NCBI GenBank assembly: GCA_964451925.1
Contig: CAYVKA010000019.1
Coordinates: 2,136 to 66,135 of the forward strand
Reading direction: 5' to 3'
DNA length: 64,000 bases
Origin: an uncultured Nevskia sp.
Lineage (GTDB): Bacteria > Pseudomonadota > Gammaproteobacteria > Nevskiales > Nevskiaceae
In this document: positions 11,167 to 20,930 of the stretch, in pieces
Layout: the number at the start of each line of letters is the position of its first letter
How positions within the stretch are numbered: position 1 is the stretch's first letter
Notes under the pieces: model-generated
What the model was told of the DNA's origin: nothing
The model's input: the letters and a program-made list of their open reading frames with translations, nothing else
The model's database searches: none
Made by a program: the position numbers and the translations under genes

Positions 11167-12243
11167 TCACCCGCCGAGCGAATTCATGGCGATGGGCCGC
11201 TCGGCATAGCCCGGATGCGCGACATAGCCCGCGTCCTTGTGCCACACCGTGTCGCGGATCAGCTGGCCCAGTTCGCCGTCGCGGGCGCCCGCGCGCAGCG
11301 GCTCGCGCAGCGAGGTGCCCTTGGGCGAGAACAGGCAGGGGTAGAGTTTGCCGTCCGAGGTCAGGCGCAAGCGGTCGCAGCTGGCGCAGAACGGATTGGA
11401 GACGGTGGCGATGACGCCGATCTCCGGCGAGCCGGCGCCGCCGGCGGCGCCGTGCAGCGAGTAGTAGGCGGCGGGATCATGACCGCGCGGCAGCGGCGCC
11501 ACCTCGAACTCGCCGCGCAGGCGCTGCAGGATCTCGGCCTCGCTGACCACGCGCTGGCGCGACCACTCGCCGCGGCCGTCCAGCGGCATGAACTCGATGA
11601 AGCGCAGCGGCAGTTGCTGCTGTACCGCCCAGCGCGCCAGCGGCAGGATTTCGTCTTCGTTGATGCCGCGCACGATCACCGCGTTGAGTTTCAACGGCAG
11701 CCCGGCGTCGCGCGCCGCGGCGATGCCGTCGAGCACCGGCCGTACATCGCGATTGCCGGACAGCCGGGCGAAGATCTCGGGGGTCAGCGCGTCGAGGCTG
11801 ATGTTGAGGTCGTCCAGGCCGGCGGCCTTGAGTCCAGCGGCGCGCCGCGCCAGCAGGGCGGCGTTGGTGGTCAGCGAGATGCGCTCCAGGCCCAGCGCGC
11901 GCAGTTCCCCGCATTCGGCGATCACCGCTTCGAGATCGCGGCGCAGCAGCGGCTCGCCGCCGGTCAGGCGCAGGCTGGTGATGCCGAGCTCGCTGACGAA
12001 CAGGCGCAGCAGGCGGCGCAGCTCGGCGCGGCTCAGGCGCTCGGCGCGGTCGAGGAATTCGGGGCTGTCCGGCATGCAGTACGGGCAGCGGAAATTGCAG
12101 CGGTCGGTGAGCGACACCCGCAGCTTGCGCTTGACCCGCCGGAAACGATCGCGCAGCGGGCCCGAGAACAGCTCGGCGAGCGGGATCGCCGCGGTGCTGG
12201 GGCGGGTCAGCAGGGTCATGGGGAGGTCGTCCATCGACCCCAT
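11167..12243 (-). CDS. moaA: GTP 3',8-cyclase MoaA (radical SAM)
   Basis: SLTDRCNFRCPYC, LTGGEPLLR, FIEFMP, FCASCDRLRLT...C and C-terminal GG. Exact start uncertain (12243/12234/12220). Confidence 0.95.
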   Translation of the reverse strand: MGSMDDLPMTLLTRPSTAAIPLAELFSGPLRDRFRRVKRKLRVSLTDRCNFRCPYCMPDSPEFLDRAERLSRAELRRLLRLFVSELGITSLRLTGGEPLLRRDLEAVIAECGELRALGLERISLTTNAALLARRAAGLKAAGLDDLNISLDALTPEIFARLSGNRDVRPVLDGIAAARDAGLPLKLNAVIVRGINEDEILPLARWAVQQQLPLRFIEFMPLDGRGEWSRQRVVSEAEILQRLRGEFEVAPLPRGHDPAAYYSLHGAAGGAGSPEIGVIATVSNPFCASCDRLRLTSDGKLYPCLFSPKGTSLREPLRAGARDGELGQLIRDTVWHKDAGYVAHPGYAERPIAMNSLGG

Positions 12244-12283
12244 TGTACGGCCATTGCAGACAGCGGGGCCGGCCTGGCTATTT

Positions 12284-12345
12284 CGGGAATCGGGAAGCGG
12301 GAATCGCCCGTTCTACGACTCCCTATTCCCGATTCTCCATTCCCG
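12284..12345. repeat. Inverted heptamer array (CGGGAAT)n...(ATTCCCG)n forming an imperfect hairpin
   Basis: cgggaat-cgggaag-cgggaat-cg, spacer, then cgactcc-ctattcc-cgattct-ccattcc-cg. Resembles the GGGAATC heptamer repeats described in Xanthomonas. Overlaps the DUF934 stop. Confidence 0.7.
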
Positions 12346-12853
12346 CCAGCGCGCGGCGCTTCTGCCAGACCGCTTCCATGCCGTCGGCGGCGCGCTGGTA
12401 GGCCAGGTCGTAGTCGCCGAAGGCGCGCAGGCAGTCCTGCGGGTCCTGGTCGGCGCGCAACTCGAAGGCGTTGATGCCACAGCGTGACATGTGGAACAGC
12501 TGGTCGTGCAGCACGTCGCCCTGGGCGCGGATTTCGCCCCGGTAGCCGTGGCGCTCGCGCAGCAGGCGCGCCTGCGAATAGGCGCGGCCGTCGCCGAATT
12601 TGGGGATTTCCACCGCGATCAGAGGCTGCCCGGCCAGTTCCGGCGCCAGCGCGGCCACATCCTCGGTGTTGGCGATGCGCACGCCGACCGCCAGGCCGGA
12701 GGCGTCCAGCGCGGCGCGCTCGGCGCGGAAGCGCTGGAGGCTGACGATGGCCTTGCCGGCCGCCGGCAGCGGCGCGTCATCCGGCAGGCTGAGCCATTCG
12801 TTGGCGGTGATGCGGCCGTCGACAATCACCTGCTGCGGGCTGGGCGCGCTCAT
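12323..12853 (-). CDS. DUF934 family protein (sulfite reductase-associated)
   Basis: LIAVEIPKFGDGRAYSQARLLRERHGYRGEIRAQGDVLHDQL...RCGINAF; overlaps the cysI stop by 4 bp. Confidence 0.9.
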   Translation of the reverse strand: MSAPSPQQVIVDGRITANEWLSLPDDAPLPAAGKAIVSLQRFRAERAALDASGLAVGVRIANTEDVAALAPELAGQPLIAVEIPKFGDGRAYSQARLLRERHGYRGEIRAQGDVLHDQLFHMSRCGINAFELRADQDPQDCLRAFGDYDLAYQRAADGMEAVWQKRRALAGMENRE

Positions 12854-14544
12854 GCCGTGGCCTCCTCGTCCTCGGCCACCGCCTCGGCACCGCCATAGAG
12901 TCTTTGCTTGAACGGCGCCATGCCAATGCGGCGATAGGCGGCGAGGAAGCTTTCCTCGGCGTCCTCGCGCTGCTCGAGATACACCTGGATCAGCTTTTCC
13001 ACCGCGCCGGCGATGTCGGCGCGCGAGATCGCCGGGCCGGTGCGGTCGCCCAGGGCGGCGTCGTTCTCGGAGGAGCCGCCGAGGGTCACCTGGTACCACT
13101 CCTCGCCGTGCTTGTCGACGCCGAGGATGCCGATGTGGCCGACGCTGTGGTGGCCGCAGCCGTTCATGCAGCCGGACATCTTGATCTTCAGCTCGCCGAT
13201 GTCGTGCTGGTAGTCGAGGCTCTCGAAGCGGTCGAAGATGTCCTGCGCCACGCCGATCGAACCGGCATTGGCCAGCGAGCAGAAGTCCAGGCCCGGGCAG
13301 CAGATCAGGTCGGTGAGCAGGCCGATGTTGGGCGTGGCCAGGCCCAACTCGGACAGGCGCTGCCACACTGCGTGGAGATCCTTCTTCGCCACCTCTGCCA
13401 GCACCATGTTCTGGTCGTGGGTGTTGCGCACCTCGCCGAAGCTGTAGCGGTCGGCCAGGTCGGCGAGGGCGTCGAACTGCTGGTCGGTGACATCGCCCGG
13501 GGCGAAGCCGGAAGCCTTCAGCGAGACGAAGGCGGCGACATAGCCGGGCTGGCGATGGGCGCGCGTGTTGCGCTTGACCCAGGCGGCGAAGCGGCTGTCG
13601 GCGGCCAGGCAGGCGTCGTAGCTGCCGTCATCGGCGGCGGCGGGCGTCAGGTAGTCGTGCCGGTCGAAGCGCGAGCGGATGTGCTCGATATCCTGCGGCT
13701 GCAGCCTGAGGTAGGAATCCTTCAGCAGCGCCCATTCCGCTTCCACCTGCTCGGTGAAGCGGGCCGGACCCAGCGACTTCACCAGCACCTTGATGCGGGC
13801 GCGGTGGATGTTGTCGCGGCGGCCGTGGCGGTTGTAGACGCGCAGGATCGCTTCCAGGTAGGAGAACAGGTCCAGCTCGGGCAGGAACTCGCGGATCTTG
13901 TGCGCGATCATCGGCATGCGGCCGAGGCCGCCGCCGACGTAAACGGTGTAACCCAGCTCACCGGCCGCATTGCGCACGATGTGCACGCCGATGTCATGCG
14001 TCCGGGTGGCGGCGCGGTCCAGCGTCGACGAGGAAAAGGCGATCTTGAACTTGCGCGGCAGCCAGTTGAATTCCGGGTGGAAGGTGGCCCACTGGCGGGT
14101 GATCTCGCAGTACGGGCGGGGGTCGATCAGCTCGTCCGCCGCCACGCCGGCCAGGTGATCGGCGGTGACGTTGCGGATGCAGTTGCCGCTGGTCTGGATG
14201 GCGTGCATCTGCACCGTCGCCAGCTCGGCCAGGATGTCCGGCACCTGCTCCAGCTTGGGCCAGTTGAACTGGATGTTCTGCCGCGTGCTGACGTGGCCGT
14301 AACCCTTGTCGTAAGTGCGGGCGATGTGCCCGAGCTTGCGCAGCTGCGCGGAGGACAGCAGGCCGTAAGGCACCGAAATGCGCAGCATCGGCGCGAAGCG
14401 CTGGAGATACAGGCCGTTGCGCAGCCGCAGGCCGCGGAATTCCTCCTCCGACAGCTTGCCGGCAAGGAAGCGTTGCGTCTGGTCGCGGAACTGCGCCACA
14501 CGCTCGTCCACCAGGCGTTGATCCAGCTCGTCGTAACGGTACAC
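12850..14544 (-). CDS. cysI: Sulfite reductase hemoprotein (Pseudomonas-type CysI, nitrite/sulfite reductase family)
   Basis: MYRYDELD...RLRNGLY, STRQNIQ, SGNCIRN, LPRKFK, CPGLDFCSLA...KMSGCMNGCGHH siroheme/4Fe-4S cysteines. Confidence 0.93.
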   Translation of the reverse strand: MYRYDELDQRLVDERVAQFRDQTQRFLAGKLSEEEFRGLRLRNGLYLQRFAPMLRISVPYGLLSSAQLRKLGHIARTYDKGYGHVSTRQNIQFNWPKLEQVPDILAELATVQMHAIQTSGNCIRNVTADHLAGVAADELIDPRPYCEITRQWATFHPEFNWLPRKFKIAFSSSTLDRAATRTHDIGVHIVRNAAGELGYTVYVGGGLGRMPMIAHKIREFLPELDLFSYLEAILRVYNRHGRRDNIHRARIKVLVKSLGPARFTEQVEAEWALLKDSYLRLQPQDIEHIRSRFDRHDYLTPAAADDGSYDACLAADSRFAAWVKRNTRAHRQPGYVAAFVSLKASGFAPGDVTDQQFDALADLADRYSFGEVRNTHDQNMVLAEVAKKDLHAVWQRLSELGLATPNIGLLTDLICCPGLDFCSLANAGSIGVAQDIFDRFESLDYQHDIGELKIKMSGCMNGCGHHSVGHIGILGVDKHGEEWYQVTLGGSSENDAALGDRTGPAISRADIAGAVEKLIQVYLEQREDAEESFLAAYRRIGMAPFKQRLYGGAEAVAEDEEATA

Positions 14545-14754
14545 AGTCGGTTCCTGGGTGATTCCGGGGGTGGGTTCCTGCGCTCAGGCCGCCGCGCGGG
14601 GAGGGCGCAAGCCTGAATCTAGGCCGCGCACTTTACTCCCATAAACAGGCATAAGGTAATAACTAATCGATACAAGGATCGCGCCTGTTTTTGACAGACA
14701 ATCCAGTTTCCATAGGAGTTTTGGATATAAGACCCCCGCGGCCAGCCCCCGGGC

Positions 14755-15747
14755 TCAGATCATATGCAGCTTGGCGATCAGATCATGCACCCTCTGGCTG
14801 CGCGCCGCCGGGTCCTGGATTTCGGCGACCTCGTCGATCAGCTCGCGTGTCAGGTGCGGCGCGAACTGGCCGATGAAGTCGTACATATAGGTGCGCAGGA
14901 ACATGCCCTGGCGGAAGCCGATATGGGTGGTGCTGGGTTCGAACAGGTGGTCGGCCGGCAGCCGCACCAGGTCGGCGTCCAGCTTGGCGTCGTAGGACAT
15001 GCTGGCGACGATGCCCACACCCAGGCCCAGGCGCACATAGGTCTTGATCACGTCGGCGTCCACCGCGGTCAGCACCACGTCGGGCTTGAGGCCGTGGGCG
15101 TGGAACGCCTGGTCGAGCTTGGAGCGGCCGGTGAAGCCGAAGGTATAGGTGATGATCGGGTATTCGGCGATATCGGCCAGGCTCAGCTTGGCCTTGCCCT
15201 GCATCTTCACCGCCAGCGGGTGCTTGGGCGGCACCAGCACGCTGCGGTTCCAGTGATAGCAGGGCAGCATCACCAGCTGCTCGAAATGCTCCATGGCCTC
15301 GGTGGCGATGGCGAAATCGACGGTGCCTTCAGCGGCCTGCTTGGCGATCTGCGGCGGCGAGCCCTGGTGCAGGTGCATGCGCACCAGCGGGTAGCTGTGG
15401 CGGAACTTCTGGATCACCGGCGGCAGGGCGTAGCGCGCCTGGGTGTGGGTGGTGGCCAGGCTGAGGTCGCCCTTGTTGGTGTCGCGGAATTCCTCGGCGA
15501 CATTGCGGATGTTCTCCGATTCGCGCAGCAGGCGCCGGGTGTAGTCGAGGATGCGCAGCCCGGCGGGGGTGACTTCCGACAGCTGCTTGCCGTTGCGCAG
15601 GAAGATGTCGACCCCCAGCTCCTCCTCGAGCAGCCGGATCTGCTTGCTGACGCCGGGCTGCGAGGTATAGAGGGCCTCCGCCGCGGCGGTGACGTTGAGG
15701 CCGCGGTTGGCCACCTCGTGGATGTAGTGAAGCTGACGCAACTTCAT
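14755..15747 (-). CDS. cysB: LysR-family regulator CysB
   Basis: MKLRQLHYI, LYTSQPGVSKQIRLLEEELG, ATTHTQARYALP, DADVIKTYVRLGLGVG. Confidence 0.95.
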   Translation of the reverse strand: MKLRQLHYIHEVANRGLNVTAAAEALYTSQPGVSKQIRLLEEELGVDIFLRNGKQLSEVTPAGLRILDYTRRLLRESENIRNVAEEFRDTNKGDLSLATTHTQARYALPPVIQKFRHSYPLVRMHLHQGSPPQIAKQAAEGTVDFAIATEAMEHFEQLVMLPCYHWNRSVLVPPKHPLAVKMQGKAKLSLADIAEYPIITYTFGFTGRSKLDQAFHAHGLKPDVVLTAVDADVIKTYVRLGLGVGIVASMSYDAKLDADLVRLPADHLFEPSTTHIGFRQGMFLRTYMYDFIGQFAPHLTRELIDEVAEIQDPAARSQRVHDLIAKLHMI

Positions 15748-15853
15748 GGTGACGGTCCATGTTATTCGATCTGATGCTGGAAAGAATAGCGGATTATTCC
15801 TTTTTTATCACATAAATGACTTAAACAAGTCTTTTATTAGTTCAGAGAGTTAT

Positions 15854-16726
15854 ATGGACCCTGCGGCGGGATTCAACGGCGGCATCGGTTATTCACTGGC
15901 GGGCCTGCTGGTGGGGGCGGCGGTGGGTGCCACCGGCGTCGGCGGCGGTTCGCTGATGACGCCGGTGCTGATCCTGTTCTACGGCATCTCGCCGACGCTG
16001 GCGGTCGGCACCGACCTGCTCTATGCCTCGTTGAGCAAGTCCTTCGGCGTGATGCTGTACCGCAATCACGGCTCGGTGGACTGGCGCATCGTCGGCTGGC
16101 AGGCGCTGGGCAGCGTGCCGGCCGCGCTGCTGACGCTGCTGTGGCTGCAGCATCAGGCCGATGTCGCGGCGCTGGACCGGCTGATCAAGCTGACGCTGTC
16201 CATCGCCATCATCGTCACCGCCACCTTCACGCTGTTCCAGGGCGCCATTGCGGCGCGCCTGCGCCCGGCTTCGCGCCTGGCGCAGAGCGGCGAGCACCCG
16301 GATATCGACGCCGGCCTGCAGCGCCTGCTGACGGTGGCCGCCGGCGCCCTGATCGGCAGCGTGGTGACCATTTCCTCGGTCGGCGCCGGCGTCATCGGCA
16401 TGATGCTGCTGCTGCTGCTCTATCCCAAGCATCCACCGGTGAAGATCGTCGGCAGCGACCTGGCGCACGCGGTGCTGATCACCGCCATCGCCGGACTGGG
16501 CCATGCGCGCCTCGGCTCGGTCAACTACGCCCTGCTCGGCTGGCTGCTGCTCGGCGCGCTGCCGGGCATCTGGCTCGGCAGCCGCGTCGGCTTCCGCCTT
16601 GACGGCGCCGCGCTGAAGCGTGCCGTGGCCTGCCTGCTGCTGGTGGTCGGCAGCATGACCCTGTACAAGGCGGTGCAGTCCCCGCTGCCGCAGCGCGCCG
16701 CCAGCGTAGCGGTGGAAACGCGCTAG
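15854..16726 (+). CDS. Sulfite exporter TauE/SafE family membrane protein
   Basis: [37 protein letters not shown]; multi-TM; divergent from cysB. Confidence 0.9.
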   Translation: MDPAAGFNGGIGYSLAGLLVGAAVGATGVGGGSLMTPVLILFYGISPTLAVGTDLLYASLSKSFGVMLYRNHGSVDWRIVGWQALGSVPAALLTLLWLQHQADVAALDRLIKLTLSIAIIVTATFTLFQGAIAARLRPASRLAQSGEHPDIDAGLQRLLTVAAGALIGSVVTISSVGAGVIGMMLLLLLYPKHPPVKIVGSDLAHAVLITAIAGLGHARLGSVNYALLGWLLLGALPGIWLGSRVGFRLDGAALKRAVACLLLVVGSMTLYKAVQSPLPQRAASVAVETR

Positions 16727-16776
16727 GCCGGCTTGGCGTTTTTGCCTGTGCCGCCAGCCGGTCTCACAATGCGCCG

Positions 16777-18189
16777 ATGAGCGCTGCCGCCGATTCCGCA
16801 CTGAACTACTTCCCGATCTTCCTGCGCCTGCGCGGCTGCCGCGTGCTGGTGGTCGGGGGCGGCGAAGTGGCTGCGCGCAAGGTGCGCCTGCTGCTGCGCG
16901 CGTCGCCGCGCATCGAAGTGGTGGCGCAGGCGCTCAACCCGGAGCTGGAGGCGCTGGTCCAGGCGCAGCGCATCCGGCACCTGGCGCGGGAGTTCGAGCC
17001 GCAGCAGGTGGCCGGCTGCCGCCTGGTCATCGCCGCCACCGACAACCACCTGCTCAACAACGCCGTCGCCGCCGCGGCGGACGCGGCGCAGGTGCCGGTC
17101 AACGCCGTCGACGACGGCGAGCGGTCCTCTTTCATCACCCCGTCGATCGTCGAGCGCGCGCCGCTGCAGGTCGCGATCTCCACCGGCGGCGCCGCACCGG
17201 TGCTGGCGCGGCGCCTGCGCGAGCGGCTGGAAGCCTGGCTGCCGGCGGGCTACGGCAGCCTCGCCGGCTTCCTGCACCGGCAGCGTCCGCGCGTGGCGCG
17301 GCTCGGTGACCTGCTGCAGCGCCGCGCGCTGTGGGAGCGCTTCCTCGATGGCCCGGGCGCCGAAGCCGCGCTGCGCGGCGACGAGGCCGCGGCCGAGGCC
17401 GAGCTGCAGCGCCTGCTCTCCGGCGAGCCGGCGCGCGGCGAGGTCTATCTGGTCGGCGCCGGTCCGGGCGACCCCGACCTGCTGACTTTCCGCGCGCTGC
17501 GCTTGATGCAGCAGGCCGACGTGGTGCTGTACGACCGCCTGCTGCCTCAGGCGATCCTCGATCTGGTGCGGCGCGACGCCGAGCGCATTTTCGTCGGCAA
17601 GCGCCGCAACCTGCACACGGTGCCGCAGGACGAGATCAACGCCGAGCTGGTACGCCTGGCGCTCCAGGGCAAGCGCGTGCTGCGGCTCAAGGGCGGCGAT
17701 CCCTTCGTCTTTGGCCGTGGCGGCGAAGAGATCGAAACCCTGGCCGCCGCCGGCATCCCGTTCCAGGTGGTGCCGGGCATCACCGCTGCAAGCGGCTGCG
17801 CCGCCTACGCCGGCATTCCGTTGACCCACCGCGACTACGCCCAGTCCTGTGTCTTCGTCACCGGCCACGCCCGGCAGGACGGCGAGCTGCGGCTCAACTG
17901 GCAGCAGCTGGCGCAGCGCGGGCAGACAGTGGTGATCTACATGGGCCTGCACACCCTGCCGCAGCTGTGCGCGCAGTTCATCGCCCACGGCCTGCCGGCG
18001 GACTGGCCGGCCGCGCTGGTGGAGTCCGGTACCTCGCCTGAGCAACGCGTCATCGGCGGCACGCTGGGCGACCTGCCGCGGCGGGTGGCGGAGGCCGGCG
18101 TGCAGGGCGCCAGCCTGGTGATCGTCGGCGAGGTGGTGCGCTTGCGCGAAAAGCTGGCGTGGTATGGAGGCGGCGCGGCCGAAGCGTAG
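16777..18189 (+). CDS. cysG: Siroheme synthase CysG
   Basis: N-terminal dehydrogenase/ferrochelatase ([24 protein letters not shown]) and C-terminal methyltransferase ([28 protein letters not shown]). Confidence 0.96.
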   Translation: MSAAADSALNYFPIFLRLRGCRVLVVGGGEVAARKVRLLLRASPRIEVVAQALNPELEALVQAQRIRHLAREFEPQQVAGCRLVIAATDNHLLNNAVAAAADAAQVPVNAVDDGERSSFITPSIVERAPLQVAISTGGAAPVLARRLRERLEAWLPAGYGSLAGFLHRQRPRVARLGDLLQRRALWERFLDGPGAEAALRGDEAAAEAELQRLLSGEPARGEVYLVGAGPGDPDLLTFRALRLMQQADVVLYDRLLPQAILDLVRRDAERIFVGKRRNLHTVPQDEINAELVRLALQGKRVLRLKGGDPFVFGRGGEEIETLAAAGIPFQVVPGITAASGCAAYAGIPLTHRDYAQSCVFVTGHARQDGELRLNWQQLAQRGQTVVIYMGLHTLPQLCAQFIAHGLPADWPAALVESGTSPEQRVIGGTLGDLPRRVAEAGVQGASLVIVGEVVRLREKLAWYGGGAAEA

Positions 18190-18253
18190 GCGCGCTTCAC
18201 GGGCGTGCATCCGGCCCGCAGCCGGTCTGTTCCGGGAAATGCGGCGCTGCCGG

Positions 18254-20116
18254 CTAAGAACCCTGGCGCTGCTGCGCCCGCTCCTCACTGTCCTTTGCTC
18301 GCAGCCGCTTGTGGATCGCCCGCAGGATGCCGGCGCTGTCCAGTCCGCATTCGGCCAGCTGCTCGCCGCGGCTGGCGTGTTCGATGTAGTGGTCGGGCAG
18401 TCCCAGGTTGAGCAGCGCCGCGGGCTGCTGCCGCGCCGCCAGAAGCTCGTTGACGCCGCTGCCGGCACCACCGGCGAGGGCATTGTCTTCGACCGTCACC
18501 AGCAGTTCGTGGCCGGCGGCAAGCCGCAGGACCAGGTCCTCGTCCAGCGGCTTGACGAAGCGCATGTCGGCGACGCTGGCGTCGAGGATTTCCGCCGCCT
18601 GCAATGCCGCCTGCAGCACCGCGCCGAACGCCAGGATGGCGACGCGCGGCTGGCGCTTGCCGTGGCTCTCGCGCAGCAGCCGGCCCTTGCCGAGCGGCAG
18701 CGGCAGTGCCTGCTGTTCGACGGCGGCGCCGGGGCCGCTGCCGCGCGGGTAGCGCACCGCGCTGGGGCCGTCATGCGCAAGGCCGGTGGCAAGCAGGCGC
18801 CGGCATTCGTTCTCGTCGCTCGGCGCCATCACCACCAGGCCCGGCACGCAGCGCAAGTAGCTGAGGTCGTAAGCGCCCTGGTGGGTGGCGCCGTCGGCGC
18901 CGACCAGGCCGGCGCGGTCGATGGCGAACAGCACCGGCAGCTTCTGCATCGCCACGTCGTGGATCAGCTGGTCATAGCCGCGCTGCAGGAAGGTCGAATA
19001 GATCGCCACCACCGGTCGCAGGCCCTCGCAGGCCAGGCCCGCGGCCAGGGTCACGGCGTGCTGCTCGGCGATGGCCACGTCGTAGTAGCGTTGCGGGAAG
19101 CGTCGCGCGAACTCCACCAGGCCGGAGCCTTCGCGCATGGCCGGGGTGATGGCGACGACGCGCGGGTCCTGCCCGGCCGCCTGGCACAGCCAGTCGCCGA
19201 AGATGCGGCTGTAGCTGGGGGCCGTCGCGGTGGCGGCAAAGGTGCCGGTGACCGGGTCGAAGCGGGTCACGCCGTGGTACCTGATCGGGTCGGCCTCGGC
19301 CGGCTCGAAGCCTTTGCCCTTGACGGTGACGACGTGCAGAAACTGCGGGCCGGCAGCGTCCTTGAGCTGATCCAGCGCGCGGCCCAGGGCGTCGAGATCG
19401 TGGCCATCGACCGGGCCGTGATAGCGGAAGCCCAGGGTCTCGAACAGCGCGCCGGCGGGGGCGTGCGGTCCCTGGCCGGCGGGGCGGCGGGCATGCGGCG
19501 CGTCGATCCCGCTGGCGGCGAGCAGCCGCGCGGCGTGGTCGCGCAGCGCGCCGACGTTCTCGGAGATCGACATGTCGTTGTCGTTCAGCACCACCAGCAA
19601 GTCCAGGCCGAGCGCGCCGGCATGGTTCAGCGCCTCGTAGGCCATGCCGGCGGTGATGCCGCCATCGCCGATGACCGCGACCACGCGGCGCCGCTCGCCC
19701 TTGAGCCGCGCCGCGGCGGCCATGCCGGCGGCGGCCGAGATGGCGGTGCCGGCGTGGCCGTTGCCGAAGGCGTCGTAGGCGCTTTCGGCGCGGCTGTTGA
19801 ACGGCGCCAGGCCGCCCTGCTGGCGGATCGTCTCCAGGCCGGCGCGGCGCCCGGTGAGCATCTTGTGCGGATAGGCCTGGTGGCCCACGTCCCATACCAG
19901 GCGGTCGTGCGGCGTGTCGAAGCAGCGGTGCAGCGCCAGGGTCAGCTCCACCACGCCAAGGTTGGCGGCGAAGTGGCCGCCGGCGCGACCCAGCGTTTCG
20001 ATCAGGCAGCGGCGCATCTCCGCCGCCAGCTGCGGCAGCTCGGCTCGCGACAGCGCACGCAACTCGGCCGGCGTATTGACGCGGCCCAGCAAGGCATAGC
20101 CGGAGGTATCGCTCAT
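18254..20116 (-). CDS. dxs: 1-deoxy-D-xylulose-5-phosphate synthase
   Basis: [17 protein letters not shown]...NDN TPP motif, [32 protein letters not shown]. Confidence 0.96.
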   Translation of the reverse strand: MSDTSGYALLGRVNTPAELRALSRAELPQLAAEMRRCLIETLGRAGGHFAANLGVVELTLALHRCFDTPHDRLVWDVGHQAYPHKMLTGRRAGLETIRQQGGLAPFNSRAESAYDAFGNGHAGTAISAAAGMAAAARLKGERRRVVAVIGDGGITAGMAYEALNHAGALGLDLLVVLNDNDMSISENVGALRDHAARLLAASGIDAPHARRPAGQGPHAPAGALFETLGFRYHGPVDGHDLDALGRALDQLKDAAGPQFLHVVTVKGKGFEPAEADPIRYHGVTRFDPVTGTFAATATAPSYSRIFGDWLCQAAGQDPRVVAITPAMREGSGLVEFARRFPQRYYDVAIAEQHAVTLAAGLACEGLRPVVAIYSTFLQRGYDQLIHDVAMQKLPVLFAIDRAGLVGADGATHQGAYDLSYLRCVPGLVVMAPSDENECRRLLATGLAHDGPSAVRYPRGSGPGAAVEQQALPLPLGKGRLLRESHGKRQPRVAILAFGAVLQAALQAAEILDASVADMRFVKPLDEDLVLRLAAGHELLVTVEDNALAGGAGSGVNELLAARQQPAALLNLGLPDHYIEHASRGEQLAECGLDSAGILRAIHKRLRAKDSEERAQQRQGS

Positions 20117-20166
20117 TTGAACATTATGAAATCGTGCGTATTTTCCTGCCTCATTGCTGGATGGGG

Positions 20167-20194
20167 ATTAATGTAGTAATGTTCCTACATTAAT
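20167..20194. promoter_or_regulatory. Palindromic operator of the toxin-antitoxin operon
   Basis: Perfect 10-bp inverted repeat ATTAATGTAG-taatgttc-CTACATTAAT, about 20 bp upstream of the antitoxin ATG. Confidence 0.75.
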
Positions 20195-20213
20195 TTGTAA
20201 GTTGGGAGCTGCC

Positions 20214-20468
20214 ATGACGGTTACCACCATCTCCAGCCGAGAATTCAATCAGGATACCGGTAAAGCCAAGAATGCGGCCGAACAAGGGCCGGTCTTCATT
20301 ACCGACCGAGGCCGGTATTCCCATGTGCTGTTGACCTTTGCGGAGTTCCAACGCATTAACGGGCGGCAACAGTCCATCGCCGAACTTCTTGCCATGCCGG
20401 GGACGGAAGACATTGATTTCGATCCACCGCGGATGAGTGAGTCTCCCAAGCCTGCCAATCTCTCGTGA
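20214..20468 (+). CDS. Phd/YefM-family antitoxin
   Basis: TISSREFNQDTGKAKNAAEQGPVFITDRGRYSHVLL is Phd/YefM-like. Acidic tail; 4-bp overlap with the PIN toxin. Confidence 0.9.
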   Translation: MTVTTISSREFNQDTGKAKNAAEQGPVFITDRGRYSHVLLTFAEFQRINGRQQSIAELLAMPGTEDIDFDPPRMSESPKPANLS

Positions 20469-20899
20469 TCTACCTGTTAGACACAAACGTCGTATCGGAA
20501 TTGCGGAAAATTCGGGCAGGAAAAGCGGACGCGAATGTCGCGGCGTGGGCGGAACGGCAACAACCCTATAGTCAATTCATTTCGGTCGTTACTTTGCTCG
20601 AGTTGGAGCTTGGAATCCTGCTGATCGAGCGGCGTGATGCGTCGCAGGGCAAACTACTGCGCGCGTGGATGATGGACAGAGTGATACCGGCCTTCGAAGG
20701 ACGCATCCTCCCGATCGATATGGAAGTCGCGCAACGAAGCGCAGCACTGCATGTTCCGGATCCGCGACCCGAACGTGATGCATTCATCGCCGCGACTGCA
20801 CTGGTACGAGGAATGGCCATCGTTACACGAAATGTGTCGGATTTCGCTCAGATGGGCGTCAGGCTCGTAGATCCGTGGCAGGTTTCCAAAATCCCTTGA
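20465..20899 (+). CDS. vapC: VapC-family PIN-domain toxin
   Basis: YLLDTNVVSELRK, ELELG, ERDAFIAATALV, VTRNVSDF acidic PIN tetrad; lower GC than flanks. Confidence 0.92.
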   Translation: MIYLLDTNVVSELRKIRAGKADANVAAWAERQQPYSQFISVVTLLELELGILLIERRDASQGKLLRAWMMDRVIPAFEGRILPIDMEVAQRSAALHVPDPRPERDAFIAATALVRGMAIVTRNVSDFAQMGVRLVDPWQVSKIP

Positions 20900-20930
20900 C
20901 AGAATCGGTGGCCCATCGGGTCGGGCAGGC

